This document shows positions 12,444-26,074 of a stretch of DNA of 61,647 nucleotides, in pieces. Both the position numbers and the translations under genes were made by a program. Within the stretch, counting starts at the first letter, position 1, and each line of letters begins with the position of its first letter. Origin of the DNA: Octopus sinensis (lineage: Eukaryota); NCBI RefSeq assembly GCF_006345805.1, contig NW_021834486.1:1-61647 (forward strand), given 5' to 3'. Below the pieces are notes generated by a model. That model had not been told where the DNA came from and did not search any database. It saw only the letters and a list, made by a program, of their open reading frames with translations.

Positions 12444-13214
12444 CAGTGGTTTTCAACCAGGGTTCCGCAGAACCTTAGGGTTCCGCCAGTACAGTCCAGG
12501 GGTTCCGCAAGAAGTTACAATACTGCTAAAATCGGCAGTAATTTTTAATTTTCCTGTGCAGATATGTGTGCATAAGTCTATTAAATTATTGCACAGGGGT
12601 TCCTCGAGCCAGTGGAATGTTTCCTTGGGGTTCCGCTCCAGCAAAAAGTTTGAAAAGCACTGGTCCACACAGACGCTTCCTAATCATCTCTTTCAACGGG
12701 TGTGACGCCGTAGAGCAGTGGTTTTCAAGCAGGGTTCCGCCAGTATAGTCCAGGGTTTCTGTCAGTACAGTCCATGGGTTCCGCAAGAAGTTACAAAACT
12801 GCTAAAATCGTCAGTAATTTTCAATTTTCCTGTGCAGGTATGTGTGCATAAGACTATTAAATTATTGCACAGGGGTTCCTCGAGCCAGTGGAATGTTTCC
12901 TTGGGGTTGCGCTCCAGCAAAAAGTTTGAAAAGCACTGGTCCACACAGACGCTTCCTAATCATCTCTTTCAACGGGTGTGACGCCGTAGAGCAGTGGTTT
13001 TCAAGCAGGGTTCCGCCAGTATAGTCCAGGGGTTCTGCCAGTACAGTCCAGGAGTTCCGCAAGAAGTTACAAAACTGCTAAAATCGGCTGTAATTTTTAA
13101 TTCTCCTGTGCAGATATGTGTGCATAAGACTATTAAATTATTACACAGGGGTTCCTCGAGCCAGTGGAATGTTTCCTTGGGGTTCCGCTCCAGCAAAAAG
13201 TTTGAAAAGCACTG
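12444..13214. mobile_element. Three tandem hAT-type MITEs inserted in a minus-strand SINE A head
   Basis: TIRs CAGTGGTTTTCAA / TTGAAAAGCACTG; units 12444-12662, 12716-12938, 12992-13214; outer 8-bp TSD TTCTACAC/CTCTACAC. Confidence 0.85.
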
Positions 13215-13268
13215 CTCTACACAGCCACACCTACGCCAATACAAACACACGCCCACACACACATATAC

Positions 13269-13647
13269 GGGAGCACTCCATCGGTTACGACGACGAGGGT
13301 TCCGGTTGATCCGAATGAACGGAACAGCCTGCTCGTGAAATTAACGTGTAAGTGGCTGAACACTCCACAGACACGTGCACCCTTAACGTAGTTTTCGGGG
13401 ATATTCAGCGTGACACAGAGAGTGACAAGGCCGGCCCTTTGAAATACAGGTGAAACAGGAAGTAAGAGTGAGAGAAAGTTGTGGCGAAAGAGTACAGCAG
13501 GGATCACCACCATCCCCTGCCGGAGCCTCGTGGAGCTTTTAGGTGTTTTCGCTCAATAAACACTCACAACGCCCGGTCTGGGAATCGAAACCGCGTTCCT
13601 TTGACCGCGAGTCCGCTACCCTAACCACTGGGCCATTGCCCCTCCAC
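13269..13647 (-). mobile_element. tRNA-derived SINE family C
   Basis: Minus strand: A box TGGCCCAGTGG, B box GGTTTCGATTCC. Confidence 0.88.
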
Positions 13648-13869
13648 ACACACATATAAAGACACACGTGTGTGTGTGTGTGTGTGTGTGTATGAGAGAA
13701 GAAGGGAGTTTTCTGATTACTTCGCTTTGTGAAACGATAGCCATCTCATTATTCGTAGCTTAAAAGACCCTCGTTTGACTATCTACAAATTCGTGACTAA
13801 ACACTTCCGATTCATTAACTTTGCACACGTTACCACTTCTCTATTGCCGCAGGAATTTTTCTAAATAAA

Positions 13870-14290
13870 GCGTAGGAGTGGCTGTGTGGTAAGTAGCTTG
13901 CTAACCAACCACATGGTTCCGGGTTCAGTCCCACTGCGTGGCATCTTGGGCAAGTGTCTTCTGCTATAGCCCCAGGCCGACCAATGCCTTGTGAGTGGAT
14001 TTGGTAGACGGAAACTGAAAGAAGCCTGTCGTATTATGTATATATATGTATATATATATGTGTGTGTGGTGTGTGGGTGTGGGTTGGTCCCCGTAGCATT
14101 GCTTGACAACCGATGCTGGTGTGTTTACGTCCCCGTCAATAGCGGTTCGGCAAAAGAGACCGATAGAATAAGTACTGGGCTTACAAAGAATAAGTCCCGG
14201 GGTCGATTTGCTCGACTAAAAAGGCGGTGCTCCAGCATGGCCGCAGTCAAATGACTGAAACAAGTAAAAGAGTAAAAGAGCAAAGAGTAA
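13870..14290 (+). mobile_element. SINE family A
   Basis: Full length; a diverged head follows at ~14355-14520. Confidence 0.92.
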
Positions 14291-14519
14291 TAGGTGTTGC
14301 CCCAACTTGGCCGCAAGTCACAATGACTAGAAGAAGTATACGATTAAGATAAGGTGCGGGCGTGGCCGTGTGGTTAAGAAGATAGCTTTTCAATCACATT
14401 GTCTACATAACAGTCACCACAGCGTGACACCTTGGGAAAGTGTCTTCTTCTTATAGCCTCGGGCCCACCAAAGGCTTGTGAGTGATTTGGTAGACGGAAA
14501 CTGAAAGAAGCCTATCGTA

Positions 14520-14622
14520 TGTATATATATATATATATAATAATATATATATATATATATAGATACATATACACATATATGTATATATATTATAATATAT
14601 AGATACATATACACATATATGT

Positions 14623-14653
<31 letters not shown>

Positions 14654-14729
14654 CACATATAGGTATATATATATATATATATAGATACGATACACATATA
14701 TGTATATTTATATATATAATACAATACAC

Positions 14730-14764
<35 letters not shown>

Positions 14765-15232
14765 TAGATAGATAGATACATCATATACCATATACATATA
14801 TAGCATACAACATCTACATATACATACTATACATACACATATGTAATAGATATATATATATATATATATATATGATAGATAGATAATAGATACATCACAT
14901 ATACACATATACATATATACAACATACATATACATATACATAATACACATACATACATCATCATACATACATATATATAATACACATACGTTATATATAT
15001 ATATATATCTATATATACTATATATACATTATATATATATTATTATATATATATATATATATATACATATATATATACATTATATATTCATTATGTATTT
15101 ATAATATATATATACATTTAGATATAATACATAATATATATAATATATAGTATATATATATATATTATACATTATATTATATACATTATATATATATATA
15201 TATATATTATATACTATATAAATTATATATAC

Positions 15233-15283
<51 letters not shown>

Positions 15284-15365
15284 TATATATATATATATAC
15301 ACTATAATATACACATATATATATATATACACACACACACATATATACACACACACGCATACACA
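14520..15365. repeat. (TA)n/(CATA)n microsatellite
   Basis: Direct inspection. Confidence 0.95.
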
Positions 15366-15514
15366 ACGGGCTACTTTCATTTACCGTCTATGAAATCCGC
15401 TCTCATGGTTTTGGTCGGCCTGAGGTAATAGACACTCGCCGAAGGTGCCACGCAACGGGACTGAACCCCGAACCGTGTGGCTGGGATGCAGACTTCTTAC
15501 CACACAGCCACGCA

Positions 15515-15552
<38 letters not shown>

Positions 15553-16019
15553 GCCAAGTACTACTGTCGATTTGCTTGACTAAAACTATTTCAGGCAATG
15601 CCCCAGCCTGGTCGCAGTCCACCAACGTAAGCATAGGAGAAACTGAATCCGCGCAGACGCACCCACACACGCTCCTACATCAATCAATTAATTATGGAAT
15701 ATTTATCGCTCTGTTTACCATCGCTGATGACTATTAAAGGAGCCTGGCGCTCGCGATTAAGACTAACAACGCGTTAAATCTCAGTCGCCTCTTCTACACG
15801 AACAGTAACTTCCTGTCACTGATCCGCCGACGACGGCCGCACTTCCCGTCACGTGATATTATTCGGCAGTGACACTTACCTCACAGTTCTAGTTAGCATT
15901 TCATAACGTGTCTCCTCCCCCATGTCCCCACGTCCCTCCCTCTCTCTTTCTCTCCCATTTTGACTTTCTGGTTCGGTTGTCAACCTATACTTTTTCTTGA
16001 CTGCTTCTCCTCTTATGCC

Positions 16020-16795
16020 TGCCTGCCTGTCAGTCTGTCTGTCTGTCTGTCTAATGGTCCGTCTATTTATATCTATTAATATCTATCTATCTATCTATTT
16101 TTTTGTCTCTCGCTCTTTCTTTTCTAGATTAATCTCTCTCTCTCTCTATCTATCTGTCTGTCTATATCTATCTATTTACTATCTATCTGTCTATCTATCT
16201 ATCTATCTGCCTGTCTATCTATCTGTCTATCTATATCTGTCTATCTATCTATCTGCCTGTCTATCTATCTGTCTATCTATATCTGTCTATCTATCTATAT
16301 CTACCTATCTATCTATCTATTTGTCTGTCTATCTATCTATCTATCTATTTGTCTGTCTGTCTATCTATCTATCTATCTTGTTTGTCTGTCTATCTATATC
16401 TATCTATCTATCTGCCTGTCTATCTATCTATCTATCAATCTATCTACCTACCTATCTACCTACCTATTTATCTACCTATCTATCTACCTATCTATCTACC
16501 TACCTATCTATCAATCTATCTACCTATCTATCAATCTATCTACCTATCTATCTATGTTTTTGTCTCTCGCTCCTTCTTTTCTAGATTAATCTATCTCTCT
16601 CTCTCTCTCTCTATCTATCTCTCTATCTATCTCTCTATCTATCTCTCTATCTATCTCTCTATCTATCTCTCTATCTATCTCTCTATCTATCTGTGTCTGT
16701 CTGTCTAATGGTCCGTCTATTTATATCTATTAATATCTATCCATCTGTTCTTGTCTCTCCCTCTTTCTTCTCCAGATTAATTAATTAATCCCCCC

Positions 16796-16830
<35 letters not shown>

Positions 16831-16865
16831 ATCTATCTATCTATCTACTTACCAATCTGTCTGTC
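16020..16865. repeat. (TCTA)n compound microsatellite
   Basis: Direct inspection. Confidence 0.95.
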
Positions 16866-17401
16866 AATATCGTATCTTTGTTTATATCTATTGACATCAC
16901 CTGACATATTTTTGGCCAAGTCATCACCTGCACTTCTTAATGATTTTCTTAACAAAACACTCACCACATCTCTCTCCCATCACAGCGTTCATCCTCATCA
17001 CAGTCTAATGTCCACATTCATACATACCAAACAGATTACTACAATCGAGATATTGCTCAAATCGAAGGGTCACAGAATTTCAAAACGCTCCCTTTATCAC
17101 TCATTATAAACCGAGACTTGGAAGAGTCGTTTAATATCGGTTTCAAACTCTGCTGCAGGGACAATGATCTTAGGGGAGGGGGTGAGTCGATGACATCAAC
17201 CCCAGTTTTCAACTGGTACATTTCGACCCCGAAAAAGTGAACGGCAGGTGGAACTTGGTGGAATTTGAACGCAGAATGTAAAGATGGACGAATGTAAAGA
17301 TGTTAAGAATATTGTCCGACGTGCCAACGATTCCGTCAGCCCCACCACCTTAATAATAATAATAATAATTAATTATTATTATTATTATTATTGTTGTTGT
17401 T

Positions 17402-17798
17402 ATTCTCTTTACTCTTTTACTTGTTTCAGTTATTTGACTGCGGCCATGCTGGAGCACCGCCTTTAATCGAGCAACTCGACTCCGGGACTTATTCTTTTTG
17501 TAAGCCCAGTACTTATTCTATCGGTTTCTTTTGCCGAACCGCTAAGTAACGGGGACATAAACACACCAGCATCGGTTGTCAAGCAATGCTAGGGGGACAA
17601 ACACAGACACACAAACACATATATACATATATACGACGGGCTTCTTTTCAGTTTCCGTCTACCAAATCCACTCACAAGGCTTTGGTTGGCCCGAGGCTAT
17701 AGTAGAAGACACTTGCCCAAGGTACCATGCAGTGGGACTGAACCCGGAACCATGTGGTTGGTAAACAAGCTACTTACCACACGGCCACTCCTGCGCCT
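17402..17798 (-). mobile_element. SINE family A
   Basis: Full length; diverged family B pieces on both sides. Confidence 0.92.
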
Positions 17799-18174
17799 TA
17801 TATTATTATTATTATTATTATTATTACTATTATTATGTTTTCAATTTTTGTCACACAGGCAGTTTGGGGAAGGTGAGGATGAGTTGATTCCATCGACCCC
17901 AGTGTTTCACTGGTACTTAATTTATCGACCTCGAAACGATGAGAAAACCCTCGATTCAAAAACACCGTTTACAAACTCTGTGCTTGGAATGACCAATTTC
18001 AAATACTATCGGAACATACAAGGTACTGGAATCTTATATGTTTACCATTCTGCCTAAATAATGGAACTGAAAATACAATATCCCTGCATATCAGACGCCT
18101 ATTTTCATTCCTCCACTTCACTCTCTATTTCATATCTTATCTAGAATAACTATTGCTTAACCATTTTCTCACAC

Positions 18175-18224
18175 CGTCTCCGATGAAGGGATATAAGAGA
18201 TATCCCGGAAACAGCTGTAAGGCC
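18175..18224 (+). ncRNA. Type-I hammerhead motif (CCGATGA core variant)
   Basis: GTCT-CCGATGA-A GGGATAT AAGAG ATATCCC G-GAAAC AGCT GTA-AGGC. Confidence 0.75.
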
Positions 18225-18289
18225 TATTTATAAATGTTCTGAAATCTTTCACAACCTTGGATCTTTATCTCATTCTGTTAATATATATA

Positions 18290-18652
18290 TACTAGCGGTA
18301 TCACCCGGCGTTGCTCAGGTTTGTTTCGACCCTTTAGAATTGGAATTTTTGAAAAGTAAAAAGTTTGCATTATGTAGCTTGTTATTCTCTTTAAGTGAAC
18401 ATTTTTCTGGTTGAAATACATCGAAAAATGGCGACACAGCAGTCAAAAAATCGTAAAAAATAGAGATTTTCATAGAAAAAAAAAAGCACCTTTTTGATGT
18501 AAATAATTTTTGGTGTTAACATGGTCCGATTTGAATTTTCTATCATACTCTCAATTTTGGTCAACTTGCGCTGCAGGGTCTCGGAGGAGATAGTGATAGT
18601 TGAAGGCTACCAAACCTGCCATATACAGACAACTTCAGCTTTATATATATAG
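18290..18652 (+). mobile_element. Helitron/Helentron-associated non-autonomous element (HINE-like)
   Basis: Start ACTAGC..CACCCGGCGTTGCTCAGGT, end ACAGACAACTTCAGCTTTATATATATAG; class from recall. Confidence 0.45.
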
Positions 18653-18906
18653 CCACGCGACTTTTAACCACGTGATGTTCGGGTGTTCTGAGAAGCTACG
18701 CTTGTCTTTCTGCACAAATATGTGAATATACAACTGTAGTTGAATGGTGAGATACGTATTGATGCAAAAGTGTGCGCATAATTTCTTCAACAATGAAATT
18801 AATACTACATGAAAAAGGTTGCGAAACGGCTGTAACCATACAGAAGTAACGTGGTTAAATAAATACATATTCAGCTCCCATACCTTCTGATTTTATGGTT
18901 TTATAA

Positions 18907-18944
<38 letters not shown>

Positions 18945-19114
18945 CACAAGGTAACGATAAAGAAAAATACGGGAAAATGGGGGGAAAAGTACGCAAAATG
19001 GATGCGAGATACTCAATCCTTCATCGTTTATTAACCGAATACCATCACAATTTCGACAGGCTACGATAAAAATGTTCAATTTCGCAGCGTCAGCAACTTA
19101 ACCTGATGGAGAAT

Positions 19115-19316
19115 ATACATACATACATACATACATTACATACCTGTGTCTATAAGTATATATACATATGTATATATATCTAGGTATACATAATGGTATG
19201 TATTCATATATGTATATGTGTGAGTGAGTGTATGTATGAATGTATGTATATATATATATATATATATGCATATAAATATGTACAAATATAAATGTGTGTG
19301 TATATATATTTGTGTT

Positions 19317-19353
<37 letters not shown>

Positions 19354-19488
19354 TTAATATATATATAAATATGTGTGCAAATATAAACATGCATATGTAT
19401 TATTGTATATATATATATATACATATATATGCACATTTATGTATGTATATGCATATATAAGTTTGTATATGTATATACACCTATATAA

Positions 19489-19519
<31 letters not shown>

Positions 19520-20259
19520 CATATATATATATACATATACATATATACATATACATATATATGTATATATACATATATATACATATATATACACATATAT
19601 ATACATATATATACATATATATATATACACACATATATATATACACACACATATATATATATATATATACACACATATATATATATATACACACACATAT
19701 ATATATAAACACACACACACACACATATATATATATAAACACACACACACACACATATATATATAAACACACACACACACACACATATATATATACATAC
19801 AAACTACATATATATATACACTCATATACATACATATATATAGATATATATATATACATACATGCATATACTGCAGTGAAAAAAATTAAATTCGCAATTA
19901 ATTTCGAAAATTATCGAAATATTTTTAAGCGAAATTCATGTCAGGATTTTAAACACAACAAACCTTTAACAACATCTGCTTCTCATTTAAAAATAACTGG
20001 GTATATATATATGCGTGTACATGTATGTTTGCACATTACATATATATATATATATATATACTATATATATATATATATATATAATATATATTATATATAT
20101 ATATATATATATTTATAGGTTACAATGTTTGTATGCTCGTATATATTTATGTGTGCAACCACGGAAACAAACAGCGACAAAACGTAGGGAAAAAAGAAAA
20201 GAGTCTGCAACATGAGACGGAAGTATCGTTCGTATTCTCACACACACACATAGAGAGGA

Positions 20260-20298
<39 letters not shown>

Positions 20299-20464
20299 GA
20301 GGGAGAGAGAGAGATTGAGAGAGAAGAGAGAGAGAAATTGCGTCTGTGTAATATGTGTGTGTGCGTGTTTGTGTTAGTGAGAGCGAGCGAAGGGACAGAC
20401 ATAGATATTGGGAATATTCTGACGTAGTCCGTCGAAGAAACCTTGACATGTATTCTCCATATAT

Positions 20465-20522
<58 letters not shown>

Positions 20523-20550
20523 CATATATATGATATATGTGTGTGTTTAT

Positions 20551-20587
<37 letters not shown>

Positions 20588-20610
20588 ATTATGTATATGT
20601 GTGTGTGTAT

Positions 20611-20655
<45 letters not shown>

Positions 20656-20666
20656 TATATATATAG

Positions 20667-20713
<47 letters not shown>

Positions 20714-20940
20714 GTATATATATATATGTATATATATATATATGTATATATATATATTATATATGTATATATATGTATGTATATATATATATGTATATAT
20801 ATATAGAATGGCATGCATATGGATATATAAAGACCTGTGTATATACAGATATACATATGTTTGTCTGCGCGTGTGTGTGTGTTTAGAATGACCTTCATCA
20901 AATGCTGTTTTATGCATGTATGTTTATAATATATATATAG
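19115..20940. repeat. (TA)/(CA)-rich microsatellite field
   Basis: Direct inspection. Confidence 0.9.
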
Positions 20941-21367
20941 TTACCATAAAGTCAACTTGAAACGCAAAGATTCATACTATTCATAAATACATACATACAT
21001 TGATATCGTGTAAGTGGTGTGTATATGTTTATATGCGAGTTTTTGTTTGTGTGTGTGTGTGTGTGTGTGTTTACTGCAGAGAGAATAACTGTTTTGCTCT
21101 GTTATATATGTATTGTCTCTAACACGACAATTCTGACACATTTTATCTCAGACAATTCTGCAGCATCACGCCGTCTAAAGGTCTATATACAATTTGTATG
21201 AAACATAGGATAGGTAGCGATTATATATAAATATGTATGCATATACGAATACATAATATATATATATATATATATATACAGGTACACACATATATACACA
21301 CACAGACATTAGCCACTAAACAGATCGTTAGCCACTACACACATTTTTGTCTCCTTGTTTTTTCTGT

Positions 21368-21409
21368 GTCCCTTTCTGTAGAAGAGCGTAGGCTCGAAAC
21401 ATAAAAGAC
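21368..21409 (+). ncRNA. Hammerhead-like motif with 8-nt core variant
   Basis: GTCCCTTT-CTGTAGAA-GAGC GTAG GCTC-GAAAC ATA-AAAGAC; homologue at 61093. Confidence 0.55.
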
Positions 21410-21514
21410 TTTTTTCTATTCATGAATGTTATACTAATACATCTGTTTGTTTTGTCCACCACCTGTCTTCGTCTTTTGTTTTTCTTTGTAAACTCTCCCT
21501 ACATATATGTATAT

Positions 21515-22031
21515 CACGTGACCGACCAGACCATCAGATGTTGTTACACATCGCTGGTCACAATGCGCTTCGCATTGTTTTAGCTTTCAAATGACACCAC
21601 CCACCCGAGCAGGCCCACAGAGAAAGAGTGGCTAAGGGAGAGAAAGAGTAAAGAGTGGAGAAAGAGTGGTGAAATCGTACAGCAGGGATCGCCACCACCC
21701 CCTGCCGGAGCAGTGAAATTAACGATTAAGTGGCTGAGCACTCCACAGACACGTGTACCCTTAACGTAGTTCTCGGGGATATTCAGCGTGATACAGAGAG
21801 TGACAAGGCCGGCCTTTTGAAATACAGGTACAACAGAAACAGGAAGTAAGAGTGAGAGAAAGTTGTGGTGAAAGAGTACAGCAGGGATCACCACCATCCC
21901 CTGCAGGAGCCTCGTGGAGCTTTTAGGTGTTTTAGCTCAATAAACACTCACAACGCCGGGTCTGGGAATCGAAACCGCGATCCAACGACCGTGAGTCCGC
22001 TGCCATAACCACTGGGCCATTGCGCCTCCAC
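21515..22031 (-). mobile_element. SINE family C (composite/nested)
   Basis: Head at ~21960-22031; second body fragment to the left. Confidence 0.85.
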
Positions 22032-22139
22032 ACATATGTATATACATATATATAATTGTTAAAGAGGACAACAAACGTTAAGGCAAGGCAAACATCTCAA
22101 GTCATGTACATTATTATTATTATTGGAAAAAATTACAAA

Positions 22140-22195
22140 GTCTTACAGTTGTTTCGGGGATATCCCAGAGTATGGGATATTCCATCATCAGAGAC
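22140..22195 (-). ncRNA. Type-I hammerhead ribozyme motif
   Basis: GTCT-CTGATGA-TGGAATATCCCA TACTC TGGGATATCCCC-GAAAC AACT GTA-AGAC. Confidence 0.85.
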
Positions 22196-22499
22196 AAATA
22201 GGGAAAACGAGACGGGTATAGATTAATGAAATGAGGACAGGAGTAAAGGAATAAGGAGATGAAGAGGGAGAAGAAAAACGAAGCGTAAAAGTTCACTGTT
22301 CAACTTTCCGATGTTGTAGAAATAAGTGTATAAGTCCTTTGTGTCTAGCTAGCTATAGATAGCTAGATAGATAGATACATAGATAGATAGATAGATAGAT
22401 AGATAGTTAGTTAGCTAGATAGCTACATATCTATCTATCTATATCTATCTATCTATCTATCTATAAGATATATATATATATATATATATGTTCTCTCTA

Positions 22500-22855
22500 T
22501 ATTTGTTCTCTTGAAAATCGCCGCCGCCGTGGTGATCTCATTCTCGCCCACAACATCATAAGCGGGAAGTGTAACCTCTCGAAAGAGCTGTTCTTCACTC
22601 CTGCTCCGGAGCGTCGGCTGCGGGGTCATTCCGAAAAGCTCTACCTGCGACGATTTCATCTCAATCGAAGGAGAGGAGCTTCTCCGTCCGGGTTGCGGAT
22701 CCGTGAACAAGCTGCCAGACGAGATGGTGAAGATGCCGACGACCGCTTTGTTCAAAGCCTCCCTGGACCTCAAAGTGGCCTGAAACTCTTTACATGAACA
22801 CCACCCTGCTACTTAACTCATGTCCCTACATGGCCTTGCTATTGCTTTTGAGCCT
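22500..22855 (+). mobile_element. CR1-type LINE 3' fragment
   Basis: Highly similar to 28480-28830, with frameshifts. Confidence 0.85.
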
Positions 22856-23230
22856 TATTATAAAAAATAATAAAAATATATTATATATATATTAAGAGAG
22901 AGAGAGAGAGAGAAAAGAATGAGGCCAAGGTGGGACTTCAATAAGGGAGTTTATGAAATTAAAAAAAGAAAAAAAAAAGGGGGTCGGCACAGTAAAAGCA
23001 GACCAGACAAGGTTAAAAAAGACTTAGCTGGTAGCTCTGAGAGTCAAAAGACTTGTATGTCTAAAGTAAGACTGACATATCGAGTCTGAAAGAAGAAAGA
23101 CCTAAATATATATATATATATATGTAAGGTGGCGAATATTCGTTATAAATATCACCACCAGTGGCCCAGCATGTATAAAGAGTCAATAGACAACACATTC
23201 GTATTTCAAAATAGAAAATTACCCTTTAAC

Positions 23231-23434
23231 AGGTAATTTTTATATGCCAGAAATAGCAGCCAACACGGCCAAAAAACCACAATTTAATAGCAAATTTCGA
23301 AGTAAATGAAAAATTAAAACCTTTACCTTGTTATTTAAGGTAAAGGTTTTTGTTTTTCATCTGCTTCGAAATTTGCTATTAAGTTGTGGTTTTTGGCCGT
23401 GTTGGCTGCTATTTCTAGCATGTAAAAATTATCT
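23231..23434. repeat. ~200-bp fold-back palindrome
   Basis: Arms ~100 bp, e.g. AGAAATAGCAGCCAACACGGCCAAAAA / TTTTTGGCCGTGTTGGCTGCTATTTCT. Confidence 0.92.
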
Positions 23435-23481
23435 ATCTATCTATCTATATGGACAGACAGACAGACAGACAGCTAGCTATG

Positions 23482-23573
<92 letters not shown>

Positions 23574-23574
23574 G

Positions 23575-23620
<46 letters not shown>

Positions 23621-23918
23621 ACACGTGGTGAATGTTTATGCAATAAATTTTGAATTTATAGAAATTTCTTTCTGTGTAGAGTAAAGAAACAAAACTGATA
23701 TTTCAGCTTTTAACGACAATCAAAGAAATGATAAAATATTTTCAAGACATTTTAAAAACATTCCGCCATTTAAACCACGGTATATTCAGGATATTTATTT
23801 GTAAGCAAAGGACAGCCGTGGACACAGGTTTTGCCCTATTTCAACTCGTCAGCCTAATAGAATTTTCCTATTTTATATAACAGAATATTTTATATAACCT
23901 ATTCATATAACAGAATTT

Positions 23919-24330
23919 GGATCGTTTCGGTTTGACTGCAGTTTTTAACATAATTTCTAGTTAACTAAACACTTTTAAACTTCGTATACTGGTAGAATGT
24001 GTTTATAAAACATCTTTTTCTCTTGGCTTTATTGAGAAAATTCTATTGTTTGTAAGATATTTGTTGGGTTTTTTTTCTTCAATTTCTGCAATTTCAACCA
24101 ATCAATGACATCTATTGAGGTAAAAAACATTCTGTGCCGTATGAAAATGTCCCTCGTTTAAGAAACAGATTGGGTTTATTTACATTTGTGAAGAAAAAAA
24201 GAGACCCTTCCCCCCAACCCTAATCCTAAAACAGATTGAAATGCAATAGATCGATACTAGGGTCATAATTATGGGTGACATTTTCATATGACACCGCTAG
24301 AATAAACTGCCGTTCAAACCGAAAAGATCC
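23919..24330. mobile_element. MITE with GG termini and 8-bp TSD (Merlin-like)
   Basis: TIRs GGATCGTTTCGGTTTGACTGCAGTTT / AAACTGCCGTTCAAACCGAAAAGATCC; TSD CAGAATTT. Confidence 0.8.
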
Positions 24331-24529
24331 CAGAATTTTCCTATGGCTTGGTAGCAAGATCTTCTCTGAGGTCTGCTAATAGGTGCTTCCGGTTCCAGTA
24401 TCTTCAGGTTTACCATAATGTTTCAAGCACGTTCTTCATTTTATTTTTTTAGCGTGCTCTTATAACAGAATGATGAGCGCTCTCGGTGCTGGGCACCAGA
24501 GCTAACCTGATTTTAAAAGGTACCTTTTT

Positions 24530-24765
24530 TAGGTACCTATTTCTTTACTACCCGCAACGAGCTGAACACAAAGAGGACAAACAAGGACAAACAAACGGAT
24601 TATGTCGATTACATTGACCCCAGTGCGTAACTGGTACTTATTTAATCGACCCTGAAAGGATGAAAGGCAAAGTCGACCTCGGCGGAATTTGAACTCAGAA
24701 CGTAACGACGGACGAAATAACGCAAAGCATTTCGCCCGGCAACGATTCTGTCAGCTCGCCGCCTA
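24530..24765 (-). mobile_element. SINE family B
   Basis: Family consensus match. Confidence 0.88.
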
Positions 24766-24836
24766 AGTGGGGCTTTAGGTACGCGAGTGTCTTCGTGGCT
24801 AACCTTTCTCCCCGAGGAAGTAAAAATGGCCAGCAT

Positions 24837-24999
24837 AGGCGCAGGAGTGGCTGTGTGGTAAGTAGCTTGCTTACCAACCACATGGTTCCGGGTTCAGTCC
24901 CACTGCGCGGCACCTTGGGCAAGTGTCTTCTACTATAGCCTCGGGCCGACCAAAGCCTTGTGAGTGGATTTGGTAGACGGAAACTGAAAGAAGCCTGTC

Positions 25000-25037
<38 letters not shown>

Positions 25038-25460
25038 TATATATAGGCGCAGGAGTGACTGTGTGGTAAGTAGCTTGTTTACCAACCACATGGTTCCAGG
25101 TTCAGTCCCACTGCGCGGCACCTTGGGCAAGTGTCTTTTACTATAGACGACCAATGCCTTGTGAGTGGATTTTTGGTTGACGGAAACTGAAAGAAGCCCG
25201 TCGTATATATGTATATATATACATATAAGTGTATTTGTATATGTTTGTGTGTCTGTGTTTGTCCCCCTAGCATTGCTTGACAACCGATGCTGGTGTGTTT
25301 ATGTCCCCGTTACTTAGCAGTTCGGCAAAAGAGACCGATAGAATAAGTACTGGGCTTACAAAAAAGAATAAGTCCCGGGGTCAAGTTGCTCGACTAAAAA
25401 GGCAGTGCTCCAGCATGGCCGCAGTCAAATGACTGAAACAAGTAAAAGAGTAAAGAGTAA
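24837..25460 (+). mobile_element. SINE family A with duplicated head
   Basis: Heads at ~24837 and ~25045. Confidence 0.9.
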
Positions 25461-25909
25461 TAGAGCCAGTTCTAGTCTGCCACAATCACACGACAGAGGG
25501 CACCACCACCGCAACGTCTGCAGCAAAATCTTTAAGTTCCTGACAGATCTGTATTCCTACGCGAGGCAACGCAGCAAAACGTTTACCTAAGAACGCTATG
25601 CAGCGATGTCTTGTTGGGTCTTTATTCGTCGAAGCGACGTGAACGCTCATTCGGTAAATATACTTTTTAATAAACGAAAATATCTGTGTAGGTTTTGGCC
25701 GAGAGGAAATCACAAAATTATAAGCAAGACCAGCGGAGTTGCTTCCATGACTGAATGGCCCGCGTGGTATGCGTTTAATAGAGTATTATCATCTAAAATT
25801 GTGACCTTCACATATTTGAGATAAATAGGTCTTTATATGTGTGTATGTGTGTGTGTGTGTGTGTGTGGAGGCCGAGACAGAAGAATATGTACATGTATAT
25901 ATATTTACA

Positions 25910-25992
25910 CGCATAGACACACATAAATACACACATAGATAGACAGACAAACAAGCAGGTAGATACAGACAGACAGATTAAAACAGACTGAC

Positions 25993-26074
<82 letters not shown>

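Noticed and set aside
13570-13647. tRNA genes at SINE heads
   Set aside because: tRNA-like boxes continue into SINE bodies; no convincing complete cloverleaf
23815-23856. Minus-strand CTGACGA...AAAAC CTGT GTC
   Set aside because: G12 missing and stems weak; at best a heavily decayed motif
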